A stretch of DNA of 64,000 bases, from assembly GCA_949358305.1 (NCBI GenBank), contig OX442314.1:3658001-3722000 (forward strand). Direction: 5' to 3'. Source of the stretch: Strigamia acuminata (taxonomy: Eukaryota). The notes under the pieces were generated by a model, which saw only the letters and a list, made by a program, of their open reading frames with translations, was not told the origin of the DNA and did no database searches. How positions within the stretch are numbered: position 1 is the stretch's first letter; each line of letters opens with the position of its first letter. A program made the position numbers and the translations under genes. Below are positions 12,495 to 24,049 of this stretch, piece after piece.

Positions 12495-13196
12495 TTACGC
12501 GCCTGGTTGTGGGTCACTGAGGAAGAGATCAAATTGAATAAACTAAGTGAACAAACTGATGGACGGGCGGACAAATTGAAACGTTGAACCGAATTAATTA
12601 CCTCGACGCCGGACGCCCTGGCAACATCGGTTCGGTGGCCGCGAAACGCGCTAGCATCCTGGCGCGCCCGCGGGATTGACTTGAAAAATAGAAAATAAAA
12701 TAAAATAAATATAAATAAATAAATCAATTCGAATCAAACCAACCAATCGGTGAAACAAAACGAAACAAAAACAAAAACAAAACGTTGAATCGAATTAACT
12801 CACATCGGCATCGGACGTCCCGGTCCCATCAACTGGGCGCCCGCGAAGCGAACAAACAGTACGGAACGTCCGCGAGGATGGCTTAAAAAATAAATAAATA
12901 AATAAATAAATAAATAAATGAATAAATAAATCAAACGAGACGTTTGACCGAATTACATCGGTTCCGGAGTCGCGCGCTGGAATGGCGCAACCCGCATGAT
13001 GGGTCGAATGTGACCGGGTTCGGTCCACTGCCACGATGACGACTGGGGCGGATCAATTGGCTGACAACTGAATAAACAAAGAAATAAAGAAATGAAGAAA
13101 CAGATAAACGAACGATCGATCGAAACCGGTCGGTCGAATCTCTCACCTTGCATCATCGCCGTCGTTGTTGTGGTCGTTTTTCTCGTTTTTGTTCAT
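12495..13196 (-). CDS. Unknown Pro/Arg-rich microexon gene (~112 aa); exons 13196-13147, 13067-12957, 12881-12804, 12679-12602, 12516-12495
   Basis: Four GT-AG introns, all phase 2, give an open frame MNKNEKNDHNNDGDDASCQPIDPP...IHPRGRSVLFVRFAGAQLMGPGRPMP-IQSRGRARMLARFAATEPMLPGRPAS-SDPQPGA*. The two 78-nt exons are homologous to each other. Confidence 0.6.
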
Positions 13197-14308
13197 CGTC
13201 TGGAACATAGAAATTAAATTAAAGTCGAATGCAAAGGAAAATAAAATAACGGCTAAGAAAAAATAAAAAATTTCAAGTCACGAGTCTGTCAAATGAGCGA
13301 GCGAGCGGTGCCCGACCGAACCAATGCAGGCGTTCGTGTTTGCACGCGCGTGTTAATTGATACGTTGTCGAGAGAGGCGTAGAGATAATCGAGGGTTGTT
13401 TTTTTTTTCAATTTGTCGATCGATTGACTGATAAATGTGACGGTAGAACGGTCAACTACTCACTTTTTGGAAGATGGAAACACGACGTTGTCTGTCCCGC
13501 GCGTGATCACTATCGATGCATAGAGCGACACCAAGTGACATAATCCGGAAACATGGCGGCTGTCTGTCTCCATCCTCTCGGCACACGGTTCCACGCGGCG
13601 GGTATCTCCGTCCACTCGACCAATCGTCGTATTCGTTGTTATCCTTTTTCCTTTTTTTTTTTCTTTTTTTTTCTTTCTTTTTTTTTCTTTTTTTCTTTTT
13701 TAGGCGAGTAAATAAAACTGACTGAAATAAAAATTCCCATCCATCCACCCATTTCGTTTTGTTTTTTAACGTGACGATTCTGAGTAATTACGTCACACCG
13801 TGTACCCCAACCATTAATCAGATTATCACGATAGATGTCGCGTGAAATGAGATTGTGAACGCTTAAACTGGTCTATGGTTTAAATTCCATTCCGCGATGC
13901 ACGGCGCGCCATCGTAAAGGCTTTTATTCAACTAGACACGAACGTTTAGCGTGTTGGATCAAACGTCCGGTCACGCGACCTGTGATGTAATTACTCGGAA
14001 CCACTGCGCAGCCCGGTGGAACTCGTGTCCTTTAATGGATACCAAAATGTTCGTCCGATGCGATCACTTGACGTTTCCCGCGTTAAAAAGTGACCCAATA
14101 AATTCCGGAACCAGATTAATCATGTTTTATCTATCTATATGCGTCTAACCGTATATTTTGTTTTTTTTAATTTTAACGTGGAAAAGTTCGTTAATCATAA
14201 TATTCGACACCTACATGTCAAACTTGGAAAATCCGCGGCGGTGGCGCATTCTGGCGACAATCCGCGAAACCCCGTGAATAGCTTGTTTTCGACTTGTCAT
14301 TTTTATAA

Positions 14309-14341
<33 letters not shown>

Positions 14342-14441
14342 GTTATTATTATTATTATTATTATTTAATTAGAAGTGTGACCCGTCACGTGTTACCACCG
14401 CCATTGTTATCACCGGGTGTCGTGTCGGTTCATTCGTCAAA

Positions 14442-15395
14442 ATGGACGCACCATGCGCTTCGTCCACAGAGGTGAGTTGTTAAATCTCTGTCTATGAATT
14501 GTTATTTTGTCAATTGGCCGTATTCACATTTTGCGTGCACAAAACGCACGTATACGCCATGTTGCCCGCGTGAACATCTGAATTGTCGTTGTTTTCATCG
14601 CTAAACGAAACGATCAATTTGATGAATGTACAAATGAGTTTAATGAATTTTATAAAATTAAGCGAACGAGCGAGATTAACAAATAAATAAACAAATGGGT
14701 GTTTGTTTGGAGATAATTCATTTCGTACAACGCGCTATCAATCAATCAATTACCCGCTATACGGTGAAACTGTAACGCTCCTCTCTCGTTCGTGTTTCGG
14801 TCTCCTTTCTCTCCTCCTCTCTTCGCGTTCGTATCTCAATTTAATTTATTTTAATTTAATTTAATTTAATTTATTTATTTATTTATTTCTCTCTTTACAG
14901 ATGTCAATCATCGCCGGGAATGAGGCACCGACCCGACCACAGTCGCCGCAATCGCAACCATCGTCACCAAGAACGCCGCAGACGCCGAAGCGCCCTTTTG
15001 AGACGGGGAATACGACGCCAGTTAAAGGGGTATCCCGTTGAGATTCCTATTATTTATTCTTTTTTTCGTTTATTTTTTTTCCCCCTTTCCTTTTCCAGTC
15101 GTCCACCGCTTCCACTCCGCGTGCGCCGACGGGTAGGTTGAAGACGGTGGATCTTATACTTCGAAGAGTGACGAAGGAGGAGGAACGAGAGGAGGAGGAG
15201 CGAAAGAAGGGACGCAACAGAGACGATTCCATGTGGATCGAGACGCTCCCAGATGGAGATGTTCTTTTGTCGGGTTCAGTGGTGAGCGCGTTAGTCCGTG
15301 TGGGTGTGGTAAGAGTCATACCAGAAGAAAACGAAGGAGACGGTGACGAAGCTCAGAGAAAGAATCGAGAGTCTGGCAAAGAAGACGCGGGATAA
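14442..15395 (+). CDS. Unknown low-complexity/charged protein (~151 aa); exons 14442-14471, 14901-15029, 15099-15395
   Basis: GTGAGT..TTACAG and GTATCC..TTCCAG introns. Open frame MDAPCASSTE-MSIIAG...TPVKG-SSTAST...RLKTVDLILRRV. The second junction mirrors the genes at 812 and 6939. Confidence 0.55.
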
Positions 15396-15546
15396 GAAAA
15401 AATTGATCGTGTATTTGTAATAATGATAACAATAAAGATGATTAATGTGGATTTTTTTTTTTTTTTTTTTGTAAAAAAAAAATAAAAGCAAATGGGGAAG
15501 AGTCGGACAATGCAAATTATGAGAAAAAAATAAAATTAAATAAAAA

Positions 15547-16126
15547 CTAATGTTCATTGACGCCACCTCCATCATTTCCGGCGGGCGCTTGGTAATCGTG
15601 TGCCTCCGCCCAATGAGTGACGAGATCCCCGGGAGAGGGCGTCTCCGCACAAAACGGACAGCGTCGCCCGTTGAGTCGGTGCACTCGTTTCAACGCCTAA
15701 GAAGAAAGGGGAAAAAATAAAAATACGAATTAGTTAACTAGTGTGTGAGTGAAGAGGATAATTGGACACTCACCGATGCCAGACAGACGGGCTCGCGCGA
15801 GAATTTTTTCAACAGCCCTCGGACGAAATCATTCGCGTCCTTGTGGATGTTGTGTCGCTGTCGCTGGTGGCGAAAGACGTCGACGCAGAAGAATCCGTCC
15901 GGTCCTGAGGCACGTGGGGCGGGGGGGGGGGGGGAAGAAAAAGAAAAAAAAAATTAAAATAAAATTAAAAAATATTTATGTATATAAAATAAATAAAACA
16001 TATGGAATAAAAGATATAAAATAATAAGTAAATAAATAAACGTTTCTTACTATCGGGGTGTTTATCATCGCATAGAGCGCAGGAGTATGACCTGCCGCCA
16101 CCCTCCTCTTGTGGTGCTTCCGCCAT
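15547..16126 (-). CDS. Small two-finger C2H2-type zinc-finger protein (~118 aa); exons 16126-16051, 15904-15774, 15696-15547
   Basis: Spliced translation (GTAAG..CAG, GTGAGT..TAG): MAEAPQ..YSCALCDDKHPDRPDGFFCVDVFRHQRQRH...RRCPFCAETPSPGDLVTHWAEAH..*. Not present as a single ORF in the track. Confidence 0.75.
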
Positions 16127-16168
16127 TTTCCTTTTGTTTGTGAGACGAGTAAACAACTGAAAATAAAT

Positions 16169-16224
<56 letters not shown>

Positions 16225-17099
16225 TGATTGTGGTCGTGGGCGTGGTCCATTGACCGAGAAATCACACAAAGCATCAAACTTACTTACCAACGAACACGAG
16301 GTGGCAGTGAGGATCAGACGGAAGATGAAACGCGCGCGTTTGATATAAGCTGCCGAACCAAAGTGTGTGTATGTCGTGAGCGGCTGATGTGACATCTGGT
16401 GGCAGTCCGAGAACGATTTAAGTTTGAACTATGGAGCGTCGGCAAATGAACGGGTCTCTCTCGTTGGCAATCCTCGTTGTTCCGACGAATCCTGCTATCG
16501 CCGTCTTTGTGGTCCTCGTCACGGTCGTCGTTTTTATTTAACTCGAAACGAACGTTAATACTAAGTTTCCAATGTGCGTAGACGCGCGTGATTCGCGCGT
16601 GATTTGCGCGTTTTCCACATGTGGTGCCCCCGTCACGCGTGAATACAAAACGTCGACCCAATAAATTCCGAAATTGGGCTAATCTTGTTTTATTCGCCCA
16701 TGTGCGCTTACCCATATATTTTGTTTTTCAGTTTGTGGAAAAGTTCATTGCCTGTGGTTTTCGGCGCGTACATGGCAAACGCGGGAAAATTTGCGGTGGT
16801 AGCGCGCTTTGGTGGCAATAAAAAAAAAAAACACCATAATGTTAAAAATGGAAATCCCGTGCAGAAGCTTATTTTTGAACAAATTGTTTGGGGCTGCCGG
16901 TGCTTGTCGGCGCCAGCTGCCCCGTATTCTGTACAGAGAGACGTTCAAAAGAACATCTATTAACTCATACAGTAGAAAAACCACAGAAGTGAGTAAAACA
17001 ATCGCGGAAAACCAAAACCCTCCGGATTTCCGCGAGGGCCAGGATTGGTCTGGATTACTGGAATCACTCTCGAAGCCCGTCGAATGCGTTGATGGAGAT

Positions 17100-20000
17100 T
17101 CGCACCAACTACGACAGCGCGTGGCAACCGGAAGGTGAAATTAAAATATAAAACGGCGGATATTTTACAAAACTTTTGTATCGGTCGTTTGGTACAAAGA
17201 TAATGTGATTAACTATTGGAATACGAACCGCGAAACCGATACCACGATCCGAAATTTAAACTTTAATCGTCCACCCATTGTCGATCGCCAGACATCTATA
17301 AGCGATAGGTGCGCCCTTTTCATTTTCGTGTCGCTCCCCCAGAGTTTGTGGGTCTAACCTGACCTAATCTTACCCAATTCGAATCTGAATTTGAATCTAA
17401 ATTTTGCGTTTTTATTATCGTTTCAATATTATACGAGTTTCTTTTTATTAAACAATTACATTTTCAATTCTCGTTGGTAGTTAATTGCGCCCTGGTGCGT
17501 TGCCATAAACACCGGACACTTTGTGGACATATATCCACGTTGACGGACATCAGCATCGCATCACACGCATTATCGCGCGCGCGAACGCGCTCGTGCGAGT
17601 ATGTACGCCGTCAGGGACTTCGCTTCGCGGTCGCGCATCGACGTCGAAACATGCCGTATCGGTGTGCGGACGTTTTCTATGCCCACAACGAACCGAATCT
17701 GTCGGACGCGAGTAGAATGCGCGTCACGAGGTCTAGACTAACGGATGAGTGTCGATGTGGGAGCTTATTTTTGGGACGAGTCGTCGGGGTTGCCGCCGCC
17801 TTCGCCACCGCTCAACGAGCCCAACTGTCACTATTCGTCGGGATGGATGCGTTTTGTTCCCGACTTATTTATCTATTTATTAATTTTTTTCTTTTTTTTT
17901 TGACCGGCCCGAAGGCCAGTCTGAGACCGAGAGGCAGGCGGGAGACGCGTATCGCCGTTGGATCCAACAGCATCATAGAGTGCAAAGAGTTAACCGCTGA
18001 CCTCGAAAGGAAACTAGCAAACAAGCTGTACGATCGATTGGTCTAAAAATGCTCACAAAACCCATCGAGTGCAGTGATATAAACTCGCGTCGACTACGTT
18101 GGTGCAGCGTGTATTGCGAGATGAAATTTAAATCGTAAACCAATTGAGACGTTCACGATCTTGTTTCACGCAACATCTACCACGAAAATCTAATTAATGA
18201 CTGGATCACATGACACAAAATTAATTCTACGACCGGGAAATCGATTTCTATTTTTTAAAGACTTTTATTTAACTCGGCGCGAGATTCTACCTACAAACGA
18301 TAAACGCATCCTTTTTATTTTCTTGTTGTCGTCTCGAGAGTCTGTGGATCTACAACCTGGCCTAATCTGACCTAATTCAAATCTAAATTTGAATCTGAAT
18401 TTTGCGTTTTCTTTATTGTTTCAACATTATACGAGTTTCCTTTTGTTAAACAATTATGTTTTGAATTTTCGTAAGTGGTTGGTTAATTGCGTCCCGGTGC
18501 GTTGCCATAAACACAAAGCACTCTGCGGACATTTATCCACGTTGCCGGACATTATTATCGACGCCCGCGTCGAAAGACCGTGTCGAGCTCATCGGCATCG
18601 CATCACACGCAATATCGCGCGCGCGAACGCGCTTGTGCGAGTATGTACGTCGTCGGGGACTCGGCTTCGCGGTCGCGCATCGACGTCGAAACATGCCGTA
18701 TCGGTGTGCGGATGTTTTCTATGCCCACAACGAACCGAATCTGTCGGACGCGAGTAGAATGCACGTCAAGAGGTTTAGACTAACGGATGAGTGTCGATGT
18801 GGGAGCTTATTTTTGGGACGAGTCGTCGGGGTTGCCGCTGCCACCACCGCCACCGTCCAGCGACCCCAACCGCCTTTATTCGCCGACTCGTTTATTTATT
18901 TATTTATTTATTTATTTGTTTATTTTTTTTGACCGGCCCGAAGGCCAGTCTGAGACCGAGAGAGCGAGGAAGGCGTTCAAGAAGGACGCCTACAGCCACT
19001 GGAAGCGAGAACCCGGCTACCACGCCGCCCGGCGGGTACTGAGCCGCTCGACCGAGCGGCGGGCCCGAGTTCCGCTGGCGATCTGAAAGTGTTGGCAAAA
19101 CCCATCGAACGTGTTGAGGAAGACTCCGATCGACTGGGACGGCGCGAGACCCCCGGGAGATGGAAATAAAATACGAAACAACGGATTCCCTACAAATTTT
19201 TTTTCCCGGTAAATTACGACGAAGATAATCTAATTAACGGTTAAAGTACGAACCGCAGAGTCGGTGCCACGACCGGAGAATTAAAACTTTAATCGTCTTT
19301 CTTTTTCGGGTGATATTTTTTTTATCCCGTATCGATCGCTACATCGGACACGGGTAGAATGCACGCGACCGCGCGCACATTTAAATAAACGAACGGGTGC
19401 CGATACGAGAGCTTATTTTTTGGGACGAGTCGTCGGGGTTGCCGTCGCCGCCGTCGCTCAACGACCCCAGCCGCATCTATTCGCCGGGAAGGATACGTTC
19501 TATTTTCGGATTTATTTATTTATTTATTTATTTTGACCGGCCCGAAGGCCAGTCTGAGAGACACGGGATGAACGCGCACAAATGCCACATCATCGACCGG
19601 ACGCTGAAGCATCGACCGTTTACTCGGTCGAGGAAATTTTAAACTATATAACCATCGACCGGTCAGTTGGGGAGGCGCGCCCGGTACTATACGAGACGGT
19701 CCGCCCCGATCTGAAAACGCTCGCCGAACCCGCAGAACGCGTTCGGTGAGACTCGCGTCGACTACGACGACGCGAGACTCCCGGAAAGTGAAAATAAAAT
19801 ACGAAACGATTGATTTTCTGTAAAAATTTTATTATGACGAGTTGCGACGAAGATAACCTAATTATCGGTTAAAGCACGGACCGCAAAGTCGGTCCCACGA
19901 CCGAAGAATTAAAATTTTAATCGTCTTTCTTTTTTCGTGTGATTTTTTTTTACTCCGCACCGATCGCCACGTCGGACACGGGTAGAATGCACGCAACCGC

Positions 20001-20761
20001 ACGCGCGCTGCGAGGTTTAGACGGACGAAGAAATGCCGGTGCGGGAGCTTATTTTCGGGGCGAGCCGTCGGGGCTGCCGCTGCCGTCGCCGCTCAACGAC
20101 ACCATTTGCCCCTATTCTCGTCGGGACGGGCGCGTTCTATTTCCGATTTATTTGTTTCTTCATTTATTTATTATTTTGACCGGCCCGAAGGCCAGTCTGA
20201 GACCGAGACCGCTTAGATCATTTTGGGCGGGTAGAAGTCCTACCGCACCATCGGCCGACGATCGGACGGAGAAGCGCGCATACCGCACCATCGACCGATG
20301 GTCGGATAGAGGCGCGCATGTACTCGAGTCTCGATCTGAAAAACGTCCGCAAAGTCTATTGGATGCGATGACCGAGACTCGCGTCGACTGCGACGGTACA
20401 TGGTCCCCGGGAAATGATTTAAAAATGTAAAACGACTGTTATTTTGTAAAACTTTTATTCGAATCTGCCACAACGAAGATAAAATGATTAACGGTTGGAA
20501 GGCGAGCCGCGAAACCAGTTCTACGACGGGGGAATTAAAATTTTAACCGTTTTTCTTTTTCGGGTGATTTTTTTTTACTCCGCACCGATCGCCACGCCGG
20601 ACACGGGTAGAATGCACGCGACCGCACGCGCGCTGCGAGGTTTAGACGGACGAAGGAATGCTGGTGCGGGAGCTTATTTCCGGGGCGAGTCGTCGGGGCT
20701 GTCGTTGCTGTCGCCACCGCCGCCGCTCAGCGACCCCAGTTGCCCCAATTTTACGGCCAAT

Positions 20762-20800
<39 letters not shown>

Positions 20801-21260
20801 TTTTGACCGGCCCGAAGGCCAGTCTGAGAGACACGGGATGAACGCGCACAAATGCCACATCATCGACCGGACGCTGAAGCATCGACCGTTTACTCGGTCG
20901 AGGAAATTTTAAACTATACAACCATCGACCGGTCAGTTGGGGAGGCGCGCCCGGTACTATACGAGACGGTCCGCCCCGATCTGAAAACGCTCGCCGAACC
21001 CGCAGAACGCGTTGGGTGAGACTCGCGTCGACTGCGACGACGCGAGACTCCCGGAAAGTGAAAATAAAATACGAAACGATTGATTTTCTGTAAAAATTTT
21101 ATTATGACGAGTTGCAACGAAGATAACCTAATTAATGACTGGAGCACACGGCGCGAAATTAATCCTATGATCGGGAAATGCATTTATATTTTTTAAAGAC
21201 TCTGGTTTGACCAGGCACGAACGTTTATGTACGAGATCCAACGTCCGATCACGTGACATG
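17100..21260. repeat. Tandem array of diverged ~600-1030-bp modules, each with an invariant hairpin
   Basis: GACCGGCCCGAAGGCCAGTC at 17902, 18931, 19535, 20178 and 20805. Shared blocks include GAGCTTATTTT.GGG.CGAG, ACTCGCGTCGACT and GATAA.CTAATTA. 19513-19860 is near-identical to 20783-21130. Confidence 0.85.
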
Positions 21261-21665
21261 TGATATATTTCGCAAAACCACCACGCCGTTTCTCCAAATT
21301 AGGTTTTCACGAAACTCGATTCTATTTTTACCCACGTGGTCACGTGCCCTTCCCGATATCAAAATCGCGTTTTAGCGAAACCCGAAGTTTCGTTTTTAAT
21401 CGGCTGTTTTTGTTGGACACGAAGAAGCGTTATAGCGCGATCGCGCTAAGCGAGATTTGTAAAGTTGAGGATGCGTTACAACGCGTTTTCAAAAAACGGT
21501 TTGCCAAGAATGATAAAACACGCGCGATCGTGCGGATTGTACGAATAGGTGAAATCCGCAGAATCCGCCACGAGACTGCGAACAGGGGGTCAAGGTATAG
21601 GCCGCCGTAATGTTAAATATAGGGTCCCTTTCGCACTCCGCGAAATCCGCATGCGCGCCATAGGG

Positions 21666-23031
21666 TTAGGTACTACTCTTTTCAAAGCAGTGTGACATGC
21701 AATGCCATTCAACCTTGAAATTCGTAAAACTTCATCTAAAAGAGTGGATCCAGCTTCCCATTCTCCATCGAATAAAGCGGGTTTGATGTGATTCCATCTA
21801 ATAGTTCTTTCATCAACTAGATCGTGAGTCCAGTTGTTGGCAGTGTATTGTGCAATTTTTTGTCGTAATGCTATGTCAGCATTATCTGCAGTAGCGTCAG
21901 ATCGATCAGAAGATCGACGATCAGCTAATAATCGATCAATTTTCTCAGCAGTGTAATAATGAGTATTACGCCGAGAAGAATGGCCTCGATGTCGACGTCG
22001 ATGAGATCGATGTCGATTATCGCGTTCTTGTTGCGCATTCACATCAGAATCCGACCTTGAATCAGATTGTGAATTTGAAGGCGTGTTGAAATGTGGTGTT
22101 TCAGGTGGGTCGGGTGGGTCGCTGTCATCATCTGGCGGTCGACGTCCACCTCCAGGTGGTCCATCTCCGTGTCCATCTGGATTTCCTCCATCTGGTGGAT
22201 TTCTTCTATGCTGACCCCCACCTGGCGGGCTTTCATGTCCGTCGGGTGGTTCGCGTGCTGGATTCATTTCTCGTCGACTTCTTTTCGACGAATCTTGCTG
22301 TTGAGCCAGTGGTATCGTTCGGGCAACGTGAATGCCTGTTTCATGTTGCCTATTTCGATCATCTACCATTCCCAACAGTCGGTCACTATTGTGAAAAATC
22401 GGGTTTCGATTACCAGGGAGCGGATTGCGATCAGCTCTCCGTTCCTCAGAATCCGAAGGACGTTTTCTTTTTGAGCGATGGCGACGACGCGAACGATGGT
22501 CGTCATCACTCGATAATCCAGATTGGCTACTTAACTCTGAAACAACAGAAATTGTTATTGTTTCGGGAGTCAAAATAGGAACAGTTGGCGCAGCCATTTC
22601 TGGTTGCACCAATTGGTCAGTATAATTTCTTGCTTGCAAACGATCTTTCATCTCTGCAAGCTCTTCTTGAGCGCGCAACAAATCAGCTCGGAGAATTTCA
22701 TTCTCATTTATTTGATTTTGCGATTCTTCTGGTTGCAATCGCTTAGCAGGGCCGCTAGATTTGACTTGTCCGCTCGTACTGGGTTGATCCAGTGAGTGGA
22801 AAATCTCATCTTCACGCTTAGCTATTTTGCTTTCGCGAGTACGCTGTGTTTTAGCACGTGTGTCTAATTCAGCAGCATATCTCACTAGTTGATTATGATT
22901 GCGTTGGTAGTGATCTGCCAAATCAATCAACTCTTTATTTTTCTGCTCTAACTTACTTTTGGTAAGTTCGAGCTGTCTTCGCGCCTCTTGGTGTGAGCGA
23001 ATTGAAAGTTCATTTCTAGTATTCATCTTAG
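21666..23031 (-). pseudogene. Gag-like gene, middle fragment (interrupted on both sides by transposon ends)
   Basis: ORF 21590..23026 has a coiled coil, a Gly/Pro/Asp low-complexity region, then KPALFDGEW..ISRLNG resembling the start of a Ty3/gypsy capsid domain. The last ~25 aa are read-through into the transposon end. Confidence 0.65.
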
Positions 23032-24049
23032 CCTTATGGCGCGCATGCGGATTTCTCGGAGTGCGAAAGGGACCCTATTTTTAACATTACGGCGGCCTAT
23101 ACCTTGACCCCCTGTTCGCAGTCTCATGGCTGATTTTGCGGATTTCACTTATTTGTATATTCCGCTTGATCGCGCGCGTTTTATCAACCTTGGGAAAGCC
23201 GCTTTCTCAAATTTGCAAATTCCACATTGTGTGAACATGCTACAACGCTTCTGTGCGCGTCAATAAAAAAAAAAACCGATTAGAAATAAAATTCAGGGTT
23301 TTGTTAAAATAAAAATTATACAATATAATCAGTCTATAATGCTTCTATAATGCTGTTGGTTTAATCAGCACATTGTAATCGTGTGAAAACACGCGCGCTC
23401 GCAATAATACATTACCCAATGTACTTGCACTGGCATGGACCCATCAGTGCGCACTTTCCCGTGCGTGCTGCTTGCACTATTTACATCAATTGTTGCTCCA
23501 CAGGTTGCGCGACCTGCCGGGCAGTTAAGACGTACTAGAATAACCTCAGGATTTGATAAAACCTGATTTTTGGATGACACTAAGTAAATGGCAGTGAATG
23601 TGAGATGTGAGATACACGATGAATTTAATAAAATTTATATTTCCTAATCATGGGATTGGTTTCACGTTTCATAATCCAACAATTAAGTAGAATATCATTA
23701 TTGCAATTGATTAAAACAAATTTTTTTTACAAATTCTTTGGTTTTACATTTTAAATTTATTTTCCAATAGTTGGCACCATCGCAATTGCTGCGAGTTTAA
23801 AACACTGCATTCAGCAGAATTTACTGCACTTTCAAATCAAGGCCAGGCATACCTACTGCAAAGTAATGTATAAACCATAAAGAAGCCTTTGATTCGGAAT
23901 TGCCTGTAGGTAATTCTGCGCTGGTCTCCAATGGAAATGTCCGCGCCGGTCTTCCGTGCACGGGAAGTCCACAGAAAGTCCGTGCATTCCGTGCGCTGGG
24001 AGTCCGTGCGTCGTACCGCGTGATCTTGCATTGTTTTTTGTGGGCTTTT

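Larger units (their letters stand above)
1..21665 (-). mobile_element. Putative giant piggyBac-like element, partial (left-type terminus at 21665, other end outside the window), carrying cargo genes
   Basis: 21370-21665 is an inverted, diverged homolog of the terminus at 23032. The minus strand reads CTAA|CCCTATGGCGCGCATGCGGATTTCGCGGAGTGCGAAAGGGACCC. It interrupts the gag-like ORF at TTAG 21666-21669, and the rest of that ORF does not resume in the window. Extent to base 1 is inferred. Confidence 0.6.

Noticed and set aside
17895..17935. Conserved hairpin as a hammerhead ribozyme
   Set aside because: No CUGANGA plus GAAA core with three stems on either strand.
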